From Cladosporium halotolerans (lineage: Eukaryota): DNA of 64,000 nucleotides. Position 1 is the stretch's first letter. Every line of letters starts with the position of its first letter. A model generated the notes under the pieces. It did no database searches, had not been told where the DNA came from, and was given only the letters and a program-made list of their open reading frames with translations. Positions 22,666 through 35,564 of the stretch are shown here, piece after piece. Position numbers and translations under genes: made by a program. The DNA lies in contig NW_027191480.1 of NCBI RefSeq assembly GCF_011745625.1, forward strand, positions 62,001 to 126,000, in the 5' to 3' direction.

Positions 22666-24728
22666 GACGTCTGAGATGGGATGTGCAGATGACTGCGAAA
22701 GTCTGGTCGAATTTTTGCTGCTCTCGCAGACACCCGCCGTCCTGTGGCAGCTCCGGTGGTGCGGTGTCTTAGCTCAGAGATCCCTCGCGAGAATCAGTCC
22801 AGAGACACTCTCCGCGGTGGAACCGAATAGTACGTGTAATGCCGACGTCAGCGGAAGAATACAGGCGACACGGCGAGCGGGCGACGATGCTGAATACAGC
22901 GCGATGGGGTCTGGCAGTCCAGCAGTCTATGGTATAGGCAATGGGCGGTGGAAGGTGAGAAGTCGGAAGAGGCGCCGGGGTCGGCGTTCGGAATGGCTTG
23001 ATGCAGTAAAAAAGCTATGCGGATGACTCTAGCGCGGGGTGGGCTGCTGACCGGAGCGGCGTGCAGAGAGGGAAGGAGGGAGTCGGCACTGCGCAGCGAC
23101 GGGGTGCAATACTGGCAGACGGGCAGCAATGGACGAAGCGATGTGGCCGCAGCGGTGTGTGTGAGTGGTATGGACGAGAGGAGCAGCAGAGGCCGTGGGC
23201 CGGGAAGAGTGGGAGCTGTCTGGCTCGGGCGTGGGGGAGTAGCACGACAGGCGGGCGGCACAGATTGCGCTGGACGGGCGTAGGGCGGAGACGTAACCAC
23301 GCCTGGCTGCACCGACGGGCGATGGACACGCTACCTCACGACGCTGCTACTGGCCGACTGCTGCTTCTGCGCCGGCCTCTGGTTGCTTGGAGCGCACGCG
23401 CAGCCTGCACGCCTTCACACGGTGGAGCCCGCATCAGACCCTCTCGTGCCTCTGCTCGCCGTAGCTCGCCATGGGTGAAGCATCCATCCCTACCTTCCAT
23501 GCTGCACCCGCCCTTCTCCCGCCGCCGCTCAACCTCTCACTCGCCGCCGCCCTACGCCACACCCGCGACATGTACCTAGCAGAAAAAAAATTCACGTGCA
23601 ATTTTCGGGCGAAGACGTCTCCTGCAGGTATACCGCTATCCAACTCAGGCAACGGCACGCCGCCCAGCGCCAGCGATTCGGCACGGCTGCCGGCTTGGGG
23701 CGGCGTGTGGAAAGGCTTGCGCAAAGCCTTCCGCACTCCCTGCCGCCGATCTCCAGCGCAGCCTCCAGCGCAAGCAGCCGACGCGCATGTCATTATTCGT
23801 GCTCGATCCATCGCAGCGACCGCGCTACGAGAGTCCAGGCCCGCGGCACGAGCCCGCCGCATGCCGTGCACTCGCCGTCCGCGAATTGCACGTCGACGAC
23901 GGCCCTCTGAGGGTGTGCTCGCTGTGCTTGAGACGCGCTCCCTTGCCCACCGCCACGCACCCTCCTCGTGCTGCTGAGGCGGTCGTGGCGCTGTTTCATC
24001 CCACTCTGCCCGTCGCGTTCCTGCATGATCGTACGGCCGACGGCAGGGGTGCCGCCGCGTAGGGTGTTTGGTACTGGCCGACATTGGGAACACTCGAGCT
24101 TCCCCAACGCGCAACACATGGTTGATGGGGTGGTCTTTGTGCTGCCTGTCAGCTTCAGTCGTCTGGGCGTGTGCTCTTGTTGGGCCGCGTCGCCTGATTT
24201 TGACTCTGTTGGACTTGGGTGCTGTTTCACCGCAACGGGGTTTGCCAGCGTGATGTTCAGATGCCTATACATGCCCAAGAGCCAAGGGCATGAAAACAGG
24301 CCCGATAGTAGACTTGATCCCAATCCCCCACATCACCGTCCCGGTTGATGCGGCATTCTAGAACAACCCTACGGTGGGATCGGTGAGAGTCTCGCAACAG
24401 TATGCCGTCATCTATGAACTCAGAGCACATTCACATGCACACAACTGTTGTGATGACGTTGTCAATTGCCGTTGATCGCAAACACCGATACTAGAAACAT
24501 CTGAGATCGAGTTTCTGGAGCCTGTGAACCTAAGCAGACGAAGGATGCAGTGGAGTGATACGGCTCGTACACATGAAGCCGTGAAGCTTGTGTACAGATC
24601 CTGTCGTGCGTTTACTTTCCGCAACTGGTAGTGTCGTGGATCGTTCATCGCAACCAGCACACCCGGGCATTGCAGCTTTGAACGAGCAGTGCCGTCACCA
24701 AACCCGAGCAGCAGATGGGCAAAAGAGA

Positions 24729-24811
24729 AGGTCTTACCCGGAATCGAACCGGGGTTGCCGGAAGGCCGATGTAATCAGAATCCGAAGTGCTAACCGCTAC
24801 ACTATAAAACC
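24729..24811 (-). tRNA. tRNA-Gln (CUG) with 11-nt intron
   Basis: GGTTTTATAGTGTAGCGGTTAGCACTTCGGATTCTGA[TTACATCGGCC]TTCCGGCAACCCCGGTTCGATTCCGGGTAAGACCT. The cloverleaf folds. Confidence 0.93.
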
Positions 24812-26054
24812 CGTGTTGCATGGTTTGATTTCGCTTGCACACAAAATATTCGTATATTTTTTTCCTGTGCAACGCCTGATCACTAACATCCGTATCGTAT
24901 CTAGGCATGCCCGTGGAAATTGACCGGGATGGTTTTACTGGAAATAATACAGATGCGGGCTGATGAGCCTCTTGAAGGGTACTCCGTACTGGACGGCATC
25001 ACTCTTGCAGGGCTTAGACCGGGGAACGTCTTGCTGCAGTTTTTGCTGAAGAGTCGTGGAGCACATAATGCTCGCCAACAAGGCCACTTGTGAAGCTTGT
25101 AAAGCTTTGAGTCTTCGACGCATAGTCAGAAAACCTCGCCGTCCCCAAGTCTCGGATTCCCAAGCTGAAGAGTGCGCAGGAAGACGGGCGATATTGACAC
25201 CCTAACCCTAACCCTGCTTACCCTTATCTACGGTCGACGGGGTGGTCGTTGTTTCGACCACTGGCTAAGGTAGATATGGAGGTCGCTCAAATCGCAACGC
25301 GCTCTTGTCTTCAGAATGTATGTCGAAAACAAACGCTCTCTGAACGATCGTCGTGAAATACACTGGCGACGGTGGAAGAAGTCATCCATGAATCGACAGA
25401 CGGTTTGGTGGTGTATCTCAATCAAGCGCAGGCGCAATGAGTCCCAAACAAATCGAACACTTCAAGTGAAATCATTATGGCTACGGAAAACATCAATCAT
25501 CGGCATTACGCAATTGACACACACACTCGCTCTACAGCCTCACTCTGTCCCCGAGTATCGATTGAATGGCTTCCTCAGGCACGGACAGAGAAGCGTCAAC
25601 AAACAGCGGAAGCACGACACCGTGCGATACAATCAATGATATGGAGACTGCCGCTTAACCCAGGCTGCGCATATTACATGAAGATCATGCGAGGGAATCC
25701 CTTTCGAAAATGCACCTCAACAAGTGAGCTTGTCAAGCAATGCCGTCCATCGAAGGTGATCTGGCTCAGCACGTCGAGTGTTACCAGCACCTCAACAACG
25801 AATGAAGCACTAAGTCCGCACCTCTCGTGCTTGTGCACACACAACACAGACCGTGCAAAAACACTACGGCTCGACATCCCAGCAATCCAGCAACCTATCT
25901 CGTAAGCGTCTTCAAGCCATGACCGCTCGCTGGAGTCGCGCCAGCAGAAGCCTCAGGCCGCAGCCACACCCCCGCGCCTCGCCGCAAAGCTTGGCGCCCG
26001 CGCAGCACCTACAAATTATTCCACGCGCTCGCGATCCCTCTCTTTCCTTTCTTC

Positions 26055-26354
26055 ACGCGACTTTGTGAGTACTCCCCAGGCCACCCATACTGTGGCCTCT
26101 CCAACTCCAAAAGCCATGAGGACTAACGAATTCTCCCACGACAGACTTCATAGAATCATTTCTATAGTAAACGTCCATAACTGTGTTCTCTACATGAGCC
26201 ACAGACTCCAACCTGGCTGATGAGCCGATGCCCCGGGCCCAAGAGTGATGCCGACGTGCGCGAGCCTCGTCTCGCGCGGCGATGATCTCAGCCCAGCTCA
26301 GTGTCTGGCTTCGGCCGGCTGTGCTGGGAGGGTCTGGCGGTATGTCTGACAGGT
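26055..26354 (+). ncRNA. U3: U3 snoRNA with a spliceosomal intron (26065-26144)
   Basis: GAC box, then box A'/A ACTTCATAGAATCATTTCTATAG, C' GATGA, B AGAGTGA, C GATGATC and D CTGA, with terminal stem ACCTG/CAGGT. Intron GTGAGT..GACTAAC..CAG. Confidence 0.93.
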
Positions 26355-26984
26355 CTTTTCATCTGTTGGTTTCGCGGCTGCCTTCGCGGGACCATGGGAG
26401 AAGAGGTGCGAAGAGGAGGACCGACGATGGCAGGTGGGAACATGCATGGATTGGCGGGCGGTGAAGAGATATCTTGCGGTTGGGAGGTCATGATATGGTG
26501 CAATGATTGCATAGCTTGGGCCATAACTGCGAACAGCTCTGAGTGAAGGAGAATTGCTGCAGCAGAGATTTCGCTTCGAGAGGCTAAAGTTGGAAACCAC
26601 GTCGTGTACCAGCAAAAGCTTTGTTCAAGAATTGCTATTGTCACCATCTCTCATGCATCCGGGAAGCCTCGTGAATCCACCGTGGCGCAACCTTGTATTA
26701 CTGTAGAGACATACGAATTACAGCTCCAAGATGAAGCCGGTATAGTAGCAAGGCCTGCCATTCCCCATCATGACCCCGTGAATCTTCTGCGCAAAAAGTT
26801 GCGTTCGCAGACAACCGGTATTCGTAGTGTCGCCTTCGTGAGATCGCCTCGTCGGGCACATCAATGGCACGAAAAGCTTGCCAGCAGACCACGATCAGAC
26901 TTCTCATAGGCAAACGAACGCGCCGCAAGCCGCCGCGCAAAGGACCTCACATCACGCGCGTGATGGGCAAAAGAGAAACACTCT

Positions 26985-27065
26985 CGACGTTGGCAGGACT
27001 CGAACCTACGCCCCCGAAGGGAATTGATTTCTAGTCAATCGCATTAACCACTTTGCTACAACGCC
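26985..27065 (-). tRNA. tRNA-Ser (AGA), no intron
   Basis: GGCGTTGTAGCAAAGTGGTTAATGCGATTGACTAGAAATCAATTCCCTTCGGGGGCGTAGGTTCGAGTCCTGCCAACGTCG, with a long variable arm. Confidence 0.95.
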
Positions 27066-29659
27066 TTGATGACATGAGCGTGTCTCACATTAACTATATA
27101 CGTAGCAAAAATTACAGCTGCCATCATCCTATAGCTTCGACCCAACCCATCCTATCGCTCAACGACCAACGAAACAACTACAGTTTCACCTACTTCAGAC
27201 ATCTACTCACGCACAATCACACCCACCACCCGGACCGTCCTAGACGCTCCCAACCACACGATCACGGCCCTCAACATCCGAAAGTCTAGACTCACCAACC
27301 CTGCCCCGATCCACTCCACGACAAAACCAGCGACAAGGCAACTCACACTTTCTCGGATGCGCGTCCGAACAAGCAGCAAGCCACAAACGTACTCCGCAGC
27401 TGCGCGCAGGATCCGCCGTTGAGGCGGTCGGCGGCAGCAGAGCTCCTTCCGTTGTCTGTGGCAAGCGGCTTGTCTGACGCACGCCGGGGATGTGTTGATC
27501 TGCAACACTGCAGTGCGCGAGTTTACGATCGTCACGGGTTTGGCTGGCGAAGCCAAGCGGAGAGCCGACTGGGCGGCGTGATGCGCCGGGTTGGTGGTGG
27601 TGGTGGTGGCTATGTGCGGGCGGCCTGCTGCGAGGGAGGTCGGGATAGAGTTGGCTCCTACCTGTGCAAGTGGAGGGGCTGGCATGGAGGAGCTCCCTCG
27701 GGTGGTGGTAGAATAGCCGATCGATGGGCTTCGAGGTGTTTCGAGCTGTGGGTTGGGGCTGGGGTCGAGAAACGATAGGTTGGGTCGAGGCTTGGGGATT
27801 GTGAAACGATAGCGATGGGTCAAACGGGTGCGTGGTTTTCGTAGGGCTGGCTAGATGGGCGTCGGAGGGCTTTTGCTGCTGCGTGTCCACGGACTGGGGC
27901 CTTGGGTCTGGACGGGGCGCGAGGTGGCCGCTGACCTTTGTGGTCGCCGCAGGGCTGGATGGAGCTTGTTACATATTGCAGAGCGCAGGGTCAGGCAATG
28001 TTGGACGGACTCGTCGTCGGCCTAGACCGAGGATAACACGTCTTTGTTGTCTGAGAGATGGCAGATGCGAGTATCGGTCCGCATTGGCGAGGAGGCGTTC
28101 CGGTCTCGCGACCGCTCGGTAAATGCGTGCGCCACTGTGTATAAGCCTCGCGCTCAGGACTCGAGCTCCGAGTTTTTGGGTTTCGTCCAACGCTTCACCA
28201 TCAGTGACACCGAAAGCTAAACCTTACGACGGAGCGCCAGGTCTCAAACGCGCGGGTATGTGTGTTGGGCCCAAGCTTGCAGGGAGCGATATTCGGATGC
28301 CGGCGGTGTTCCTGACTGCCGCCAGGCAAAAAATCCGTCCAGTCTGGACCAGCCCAGGACGCTGCATGGTCTTGAGGAGCGCGTGCCTACAGGTCTCGGG
28401 ATGCCCGCTGGTAGGTAGCGGAGAATGTCAGGTGAGTAGGTGGAGACCTTCAATGTCCCTATATGAATCCTGTCAAAAGTGACGCGGCCTTACCAGTGGT
28501 CGAAGTCCCGACGCGTGAGAGTTGGACAGCGGTGCTGGTACCTTAGTCGACCAGAGTCTCGACCGAGTCCAGACCCTCACGGCGTGCAGCTTGAGTGCTC
28601 GAAGGTCCGGACCGCGGCGGCAGCACCCTTGCGCCACAACGGTCGCAGCAGTGGGCGAGAGCTTGTTCGTGATCCTGCTGTGCCGGACAGGCCGAGGATG
28701 AGGAGGCGTTCTTTAGGTTCAAAACAGTCTTGGGTCTCATGACAGACAAGCAGCACAGCGCTGGGCCGAAGAGTGCATTGGCGTCTGCAGCGCGGCTGGG
28801 ATGGATGGCCTGAGGGTGCCTCTGATACAGCGGGCAGCCAAAACGCGCCAGCCCCGGCAGGATGATTGCGCAGAGGCTGCGACGCTGCGCCAGCGTTTAA
28901 TCAAACTGATGTGACTCAGCCTGGGCGTGGGCACCCGCACGAGCCGGTGTCGCGCGCGGTCCGGTATCAGGCATCGACGACGAGGGCGCCGATGGCCGAT
29001 GGGCGATGGCAGGGCGGCGTCGCGTGCCGGGCGGATGCGCACGACGACAGATCGCGCAGATGGCGGCTGAGGATCACAGATGGCATCGAGCACCCAAGCA
29101 CCGCAGCGCAGCGCATCTCTGGCTGGCGAGCCGCGGGCTTGGGACGGCGGGAGGCACTGCTGCGCTGACCGTTGGCGCGCCAGCGAATGACACGGCGCGA
29201 TCGTGTGGCAGGGCGACATCGACACCTTGGACTGCCCTGGTGCGCGGACGGCAGATTGCACGGCCGCCTCCCGAGCAGCGCCAGGGTTGCGCAGGGCGGC
29301 AGCGAGCACGGCGAGCGCGCCGGCGGGGCCAAGATGCTTGCGAACTCGCGACGTCGACCACGCTAAAACTCAAACCAGCCCTGGACGCTCCCCTCTCCGG
29401 GGCCTCTGTGCTACTGTACGGGCCCGGAAGGCAGAATCTCGATGTAGGCCGCCGCATGCCTGTACCGCCGGGGCGATCCTCGATTTGCGACTTGATACAA
29501 AGCCTGCCATGGCGCCACTCGTCTGGCCTCGAATCCTTTTCCACCGTATCCGACTACGCCCATAACACCCTCACGCTGCTCCTCTCCGGCACTTTGAAGA
29601 CACTCGTCTTCGACAATCACCCTTCTCAACGACCAGGCCCTCAATCACATCAACCGTCG

Positions 29660-29935
29660 ATGTCAGCCTCTGCCCACTCGACCAGGCCACAACCTAAGCC
29701 TCAGCAAAACATGCTTCACGTCACCAGCGACGACTCTACTTCCTCGGGCTCCAGTATGCACTCGACTGGCAGCAACCGCGACATCTTCTCGACGCCAGAC
29801 CTGGCAAGGTGCTCTCGGTGTCACCGCACGCCTAGCATCGACGTCAAGACCGGCAAATCCAACATGGTCCAGTATGGTCTGAACCAGTACTACTGCTCCC
29901 GCTGCGCCGCCATGGTTGGCTTCTACGCCCGTTGA
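29660..29935 (+). CDS. Small (91 aa) protein with CxxC...CxxC zinc ribbon
   Basis: MSASAH..RCSRCHRTPS..NMVQYGLNQYYCSRCAAMVG. Coding-like codon usage appears only in this 3' part of the 309-aa ORF. Confidence 0.7.
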   Translation: MSASAHSTRPQPKPQQNMLHVTSDDSTSSGSSMHSTGSNRDIFSTPDLARCSRCHRTPSIDVKTGKSNMVQYGLNQYYCSRCAAMVGFYAR

Positions 29936-31536
29936 GCATTCGATGCTTGGCATGTCTGCAGCACTGCAACATGCCTTATCCACCATACACCACTTCTGAG
30001 GCAACATCATCAACCTCAACCTACGGCCTTCGCAAGAGCCACTCCCACTGGCTGCAGTGCAACGCCCAGCACCCGCCAGCTTTATCCAATGGTCAAAAGC
30101 CCGCTTCAGAACCATGACACATTGGCGCACAGCATTGCACCCCTCAATCGCTTACCTGGAAAGATGGCCCCAGCAGTCGATCCAGCAGCAACCGATCAAC
30201 GCTGCGACCGACACAGTACAAACACACAGTGTCAGGGCTGATACCCATGAACAAACGCATCGACGGGCAGATGCAGAGACGACGACTATGACGACCGGGC
30301 AGTGGATGATCTTGCGCGCTGCGGGACAGCGCCGACATCGTCCCCCCTGTATACGACTACAATACGTATCACGCATGCTTTGTTTTTTCTTCGATATAAG
30401 ATACCCCATACTGTAGCTATGATGAAATAGAAATTGCGTCTGTACACGCACACACGTCAATCCATGACATCTCGATCCATACCTTTTCACCACCAAATCC
30501 CTAAAATCTTTCCCCTACGAGCACCATCAATAGCGACAGTTCATCGCATCGCATCGCCACGACCAGATACCCCTCGCCCAGCGGCAGCGGCGTCCGTCCG
30601 CCCAAAAAATTCCCGGGGGATCGGCGCTGGCAGATCGATCGCCACAATCGCCGATGCAGCCCGACGTTTTGCCCGCCGCGGCGGCGGGCGCGTTGCTTTT
30701 TCCTCAGATCCGACTGCGGCTGTGGACTTTCTGCGATGTTGACCGAGGGTCCGATCGGGGTCGTGGATGCCCTACTGCGAAGGGAGGTCCTACTGCTGCT
30801 GCTGGGCTGCGCGCGCTGGCGCGGCGGAGGGGTGACCGCCGGTTAGGGAGGTTTGGCGTGGCGCGCTCGGTTGTGAGAAGTGTCTACCTGGCATACGTTA
30901 CGGTCCAGCGTCCGCGTTTCACGTGGTGAACTGGTACGTGGCCAAGCGCTCCGTCATTCTTCGCGGTGCGAAGCATGCACAACTACTACGGTACGAATAG
31001 CGACGTACAGCAGGTACCTCTACCATGACCTACCCATGGAATTCCGGATCTTGGTACTGGTGCCGTGATGGAAAATCTCCTCTGCATCGCGCCATGCTAG
31101 ATCTTGTGGCCTGAGGGTGGTGCTCCAAAGCTACCTTGTCACTGTAGGTTCCCCGTGGCATCAATTGGCTCTGAGGAAGTCACTCGCTCGCGAAGCTTTG
31201 CAAGCGTCCCGGCTTGCCATTTCCACGCATCACATGGGATTTGCGTTTCTCTGTGGGATATCTTCTCTGAATGTGGCAACTCTGATGCCCCTTCCCCGCA
31301 ATCACCATGATCACAGGATACTGCGCGTTATTTGCGATCCATGGTCGTCGGCAGCACAGCTGCTGGTATGGTAGTCCACAGACTTGATCATCAGACTACG
31401 GTCTCTACGTACAAGCAAACCCGCCACGTGCCCCCGCCCCGCGTCCGCCGCCGTCGCAACAGCAGCCTAGAAGGATAGGCTGCTAAAAGCTCCATGTAAG
31501 CACACAATAGGAGGAGACGGCTCCGGGAGGGTAGGT

Positions 31537-31910
31537 CGGAGCGGACACCGATGCGCCGGCGGCGAATGACAGAACGGACGAACATGCGGTTCGTACTTGA
31601 GTTGCGCATCCTTGATCCGCGAAAGCCGTGTTCCCCCAATGACATGTGCACATGTGTGTACCCTTGTCCCTGTTCTGGTGAAAGACGACGGTGTTCGGAG
31701 CACACACCGGCGGCGCATGACAGAACGGACGAACATGCGATTCGCAAACCCTCAATTGTCCATCCTGGATCAGCGAAGGCCGTGATTCCCCAATCATGAC
31801 CAGAGCACATGTGTGTATGGGCCCTTATTCCTGACAAGGTAAAAGACGGCGAGTGTCCGGAGCGCACACCGGGCCGCCGGCGGGCATTATTGCGGACAAA
31901 CACCTGTGCA
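31537..31910. repeat. Degenerate ~160-bp tandem repeat, ~2.3 units
   Basis: Units start CGGAGC at 31537, 31696 and 31858. An identical 23-mer occurs at 31566-31588 and 31717-31739. Confidence 0.85.
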
Positions 31911-32863
31911 GAATGGCCATTATTGCTGGTCGGCAGAGCAAGGCGTACTATGTAACTTTGTTCTTTTTGCTCTCGACGATGGGGTTGTCGTTCACGCGAG
32001 GCTTAGACAGACGTCGAAAGTAATCCGAGGAGCTAGACGGGAGTGACTTGACAGAGCGGCATGGCGGCGTATGTGCCGAAACCCCCCTGCCCTAATATGC
32101 GTACCGTGTGTACACGACCGACCGCGTTGCAGTGCGTAAGCCGTCATGCAGATATGGTGGGTAGGTGAATCAGCGTGCGACAAGCGAGATACTTTTGAGC
32201 CCCCTGTCATAAAGAAATCAACAACATCACGAGGACCTCACTGGAAAGGCACACTCGGAGTCTTCTCCCGCCTCCTCACGCATGGGAATAAGACGTGTGG
32301 GACAAGTCCCATCGAACGTCATCAACCTGATACCGCGAAAGCACGTCACCAAGCCGAGCCGTTGATCGTGCAGAGGAGCGCTCAAGACGTCGATCAAGGG
32401 ATCACTGCAAGCAGTCTCGACACCACGCGGCGACCGCGTCACGATGCTGCAGACTGCATCGTATCGTCGGGACACTCGACCCACAGAGGGGTTGCGATGC
32501 TGTCTGCCGTGTCGGGGAACATCGATCGGTCGCGAAGTGACTTATATATCGATCTGAAGACTTTGACTTTGGGATCGAACGCGATGTGGTCGCTCGATTT
32601 GTTGCGAGCCGGAGGATGAATCGCCTAGGGAGAGAGAGAAAGAAATCATGTCGCGCCCTGGCGACCGATTGTGCTGTGGCGCATGGGATTCGCGTGGCTT
32701 TGCGGATTGCGGATTGTCTGCGCCGCATGACTCGAATTTTGAGAGATGGCAAATTTGACTTTGCATGCATGGAAGAAAGACAGGCACACCAGCGAAAAGG
32801 AACCAAAAGTCGATTTGGCATTATTATTTGACCAAAGCAATTGAATCACGTTAGCGTACTGCC

Positions 32864-35009
32864 ATGGATCAATACAAGGCATCCGTCAAGAGCGTTGATG
32901 AGGCGCTGGCAAGGCTCAATGCGACCTTGGCGTCGTACAAAGTGTCAGGAAATCTGCCTAAGAAGTCCGCGGCAGACATCTTGCCAGAGACTCGAGTGCC
33001 TGTGCCTACGGAAAATACGCAGCGTGTGCCGAATGACGTTCGTGGCACGCTGAAGCATCACGTGTTCCAAGTCGTCTCCAAGGTTGCCAGCGAGCCGGCT
33101 GATTGGGAGACATGGAGTTCTGTGAGCTATGCGGAAGGTCTGCAGAAGTATCAACATGTAAGTATCATCTGATCCTCGACTGCGGGACATGGCTCAGTCG
33201 ACTAATCGATCAATAGATCCAGAACGATCAGCTACGAGAACTTCTCGTCGCTCTCTCCGAGCTGTTTAACCTCGTTGAGGAGCAGCCATACTGCCTCCTG
33301 GTCTACCTCGAGCTGGCCTCGACTTACCTCCTCCTGGGATATCCAGACCTTGCTGCCGGATCTGCGTACAAGGCTTTGCTTCTCACAGACGCCGTTCGCG
33401 ATGACAGTGACGAGTATCACGAGCAGGCCTATGAGGTCTTCGCGCAGATCATCTCGCGCATCCCAGCTGAGACTCGCTTGTTGGCAATGGAGAGGGCGTT
33501 GGAGAACGACCCCGAACGTTACCTGACCGATGCGGACGTTTCTTCATCCGACGAGCCCGTCGTGGAAGACGATTTCGAGACGCTTATGGCATGGTGTGAG
33601 AACTTTTACCAAAGGGCGACGTGAGTATTATGCAATCCTCGAGGATTCAATGCGTACTTTGCTAATGCTTCCGTAGATATAAAATCCTCATCAAGTCGCT
33701 CATGCTCTGCGGCGATCTTTCCGCTGCCGGTATCTACATGGAAAAGGGCCTCAGCATGTACAAATACGACGATTCTTTTGTGGACCTGGATCAGACCCTC
33801 ACGCAGCTCGTCGAAGCGCGCTTCAGGAAACCGCTCAAGGATCTGTACGACGATGAGAAAGTCCCTTCTGGCTGGCCCTCAGCTTCTCTCGTCAGAAGAG
33901 AGGTTTACCCCTGGAGCGAGTACGAGCCCGATCGATTCGCAGAGGTCGACGAGATCAACGAAATGATGAATGAAGTCGCGCCCAAGTTCGAGGTCAAAGC
34001 CGTTGATCTGCCCGCACTGACAGGAACATCCGTGTCTGGCGTCTCGAAGCAACTCGGCGTCTTTGCGAAGGAGGATGTCGCTCCCGGTAAGGTCGTGCTC
34101 GACGAGACTTCTCTGCTTACGGTCAACAACCGCCTGCAGGACATGCTCTGCGACGCCTGCAGCTCTGAGATCCCTGATCTGCGATCCGCAAACAGAGACT
34201 CGGTGGCTGCGTGCTCGGCCTGCGAGGTTGTCTTCTGCAGCCAAGCCTGCCACGACGCCGCCCTGGAAAACTACCACCCTGCCGTCTGCGAGACCGACGC
34301 CGAATCGATCCTCAAAGACCCTAAGCCCAGCGACGCCGCGGACTCCCTCTACTCTCTCTTGCTCCTCCGCTGCTTCGCCCTAGCCGAGACCCGCGGCTGC
34401 CACCCTCTCGACCTGCAAGAAATCAAATACATCTGGGGCGACTTCCACTTCACCGACATCGACAGCGGCTTCCAGCCTCCCAAGCCCTCCGATAAAGACA
34501 CCGCCTTCGCCGGCCTCCCGCGCTCCCTTCCCTTCCAATTCGAGTACAACATCCGCCTACCATTCCACATGCTCGAGAAAATGGACATCGACATCTTCGC
34601 GAACCCGCAGTACGACGTCTGGGTCTTCAACACGCTCTTCGCGAAATTCAGAGGCACGGCGTCTGCTCGCCTGTCCGGCTCCGGCGGCTCCGTGGCCCGC
34701 GGCCCGGACGTCTGCGCCGTGCATCCCATGTGGTGTCTTGCGAACCACTCGTGCGATCCGACCGTGACGTGGGTTTGGGGCGGCAGTATCAAGATGTCGA
34801 CGAGGGAGAAGCGCGCGGAGTGGCAGGGTAAGGATGGGAAGAAGGTGGTGAATGAGCCGGGGCTTAAGCAGGGTGAGGAGATTCTGAACCATTATTGCGA
34901 TCTGGATTTGCCGGTGCAGGAGCGGAGGGAGTGGGCTCGTGGGGCTTTGGGTGGCGATTGTCAGTGTGAGAGGTGTGTTTGGGAGGAACAGCAGCAGAGC
35001 GAGGGTTAA
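32864..35009 (+). CDS. MYND zinc finger / SET domain protein, 3 exons
   Basis: LGVFAKEDV..G, CDAC..CSAC..FCSQAC..YH..VC, LANHSCDP, GEEILNHY and post-SET CQCERC. Introns start near 33158 and 33621. Confidence 0.85.
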
Positions 35010-35564
35010 CTGAGTTTGCTACGACCGGGTGGTGAGAGGATTTGTGGTGCCTTGGATCTGGACGTCTGGGTTACTTGAGCTTCGTCATGCGCAAAACGTT
35101 GTCGTGATCACGACAATTTTCAAAATGCCACGAAGTAGTTACATTCGTCACAATCACCAAGGCTGCTTGTCCATGGGTCAAATCTGACTCGCTATTCGAT
35201 GACAATGGTACCTCAAAAGGTATCCACGTGGATATACAGACAGGTGGCTGGCAGCAAACTACACCATCATTGCTTTCACTCCCTCCACGGACGACTCAGC
35301 CTCGATTCTCTGGAAGGTGTCGCAATATGTGTTTGTTTACCACCCTCACGTTCGGTGTGCGTGGCCTCCTCATGTCTACAACGCACGGCGAGAAGTCGTT
35401 TGCTTAGAGACAGAACGATGGTTATATATATGCGGACTTCTCGTCCTCCTGAACTGTACTCGAAGCTCTTTTCTGGCTCAAAAAGCTCATTTACTACAAT
35501 TCCGTTCTCTGATCATTTCTTGTGCCTCATCCAATCAGTAACACTAACACGAACAACACTGACC

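Noticed and set aside
22700..24400. Many overlapping ORFs in GC-rich intergenic tracts (also 28000-29600, 52300-54050 and 57600-60000)
   Set aside because: Arg/Ala/Pro-rich translations in all frames, typical of promoter and UTR DNA.
24900..26000. Telomerase RNA gene
   Set aside because: Only a template-like repeat is visible. I recognised no pseudoknot or CR4/5 domain, and there is little room before U3, so it is kept only as a low-score finding.
27203..27890. Minus-strand ORFs upstream of tRNA-Ser
   Set aside because: Transcript-like composition, but no recognisable protein motifs or defensible gene model.
31537..31910. CRISPR array or hammerhead-ribozyme tandem
   Set aside because: The context is eukaryotic, the units are homologous throughout with no unique spacers, and there is no CUGANGA/GAAA core.
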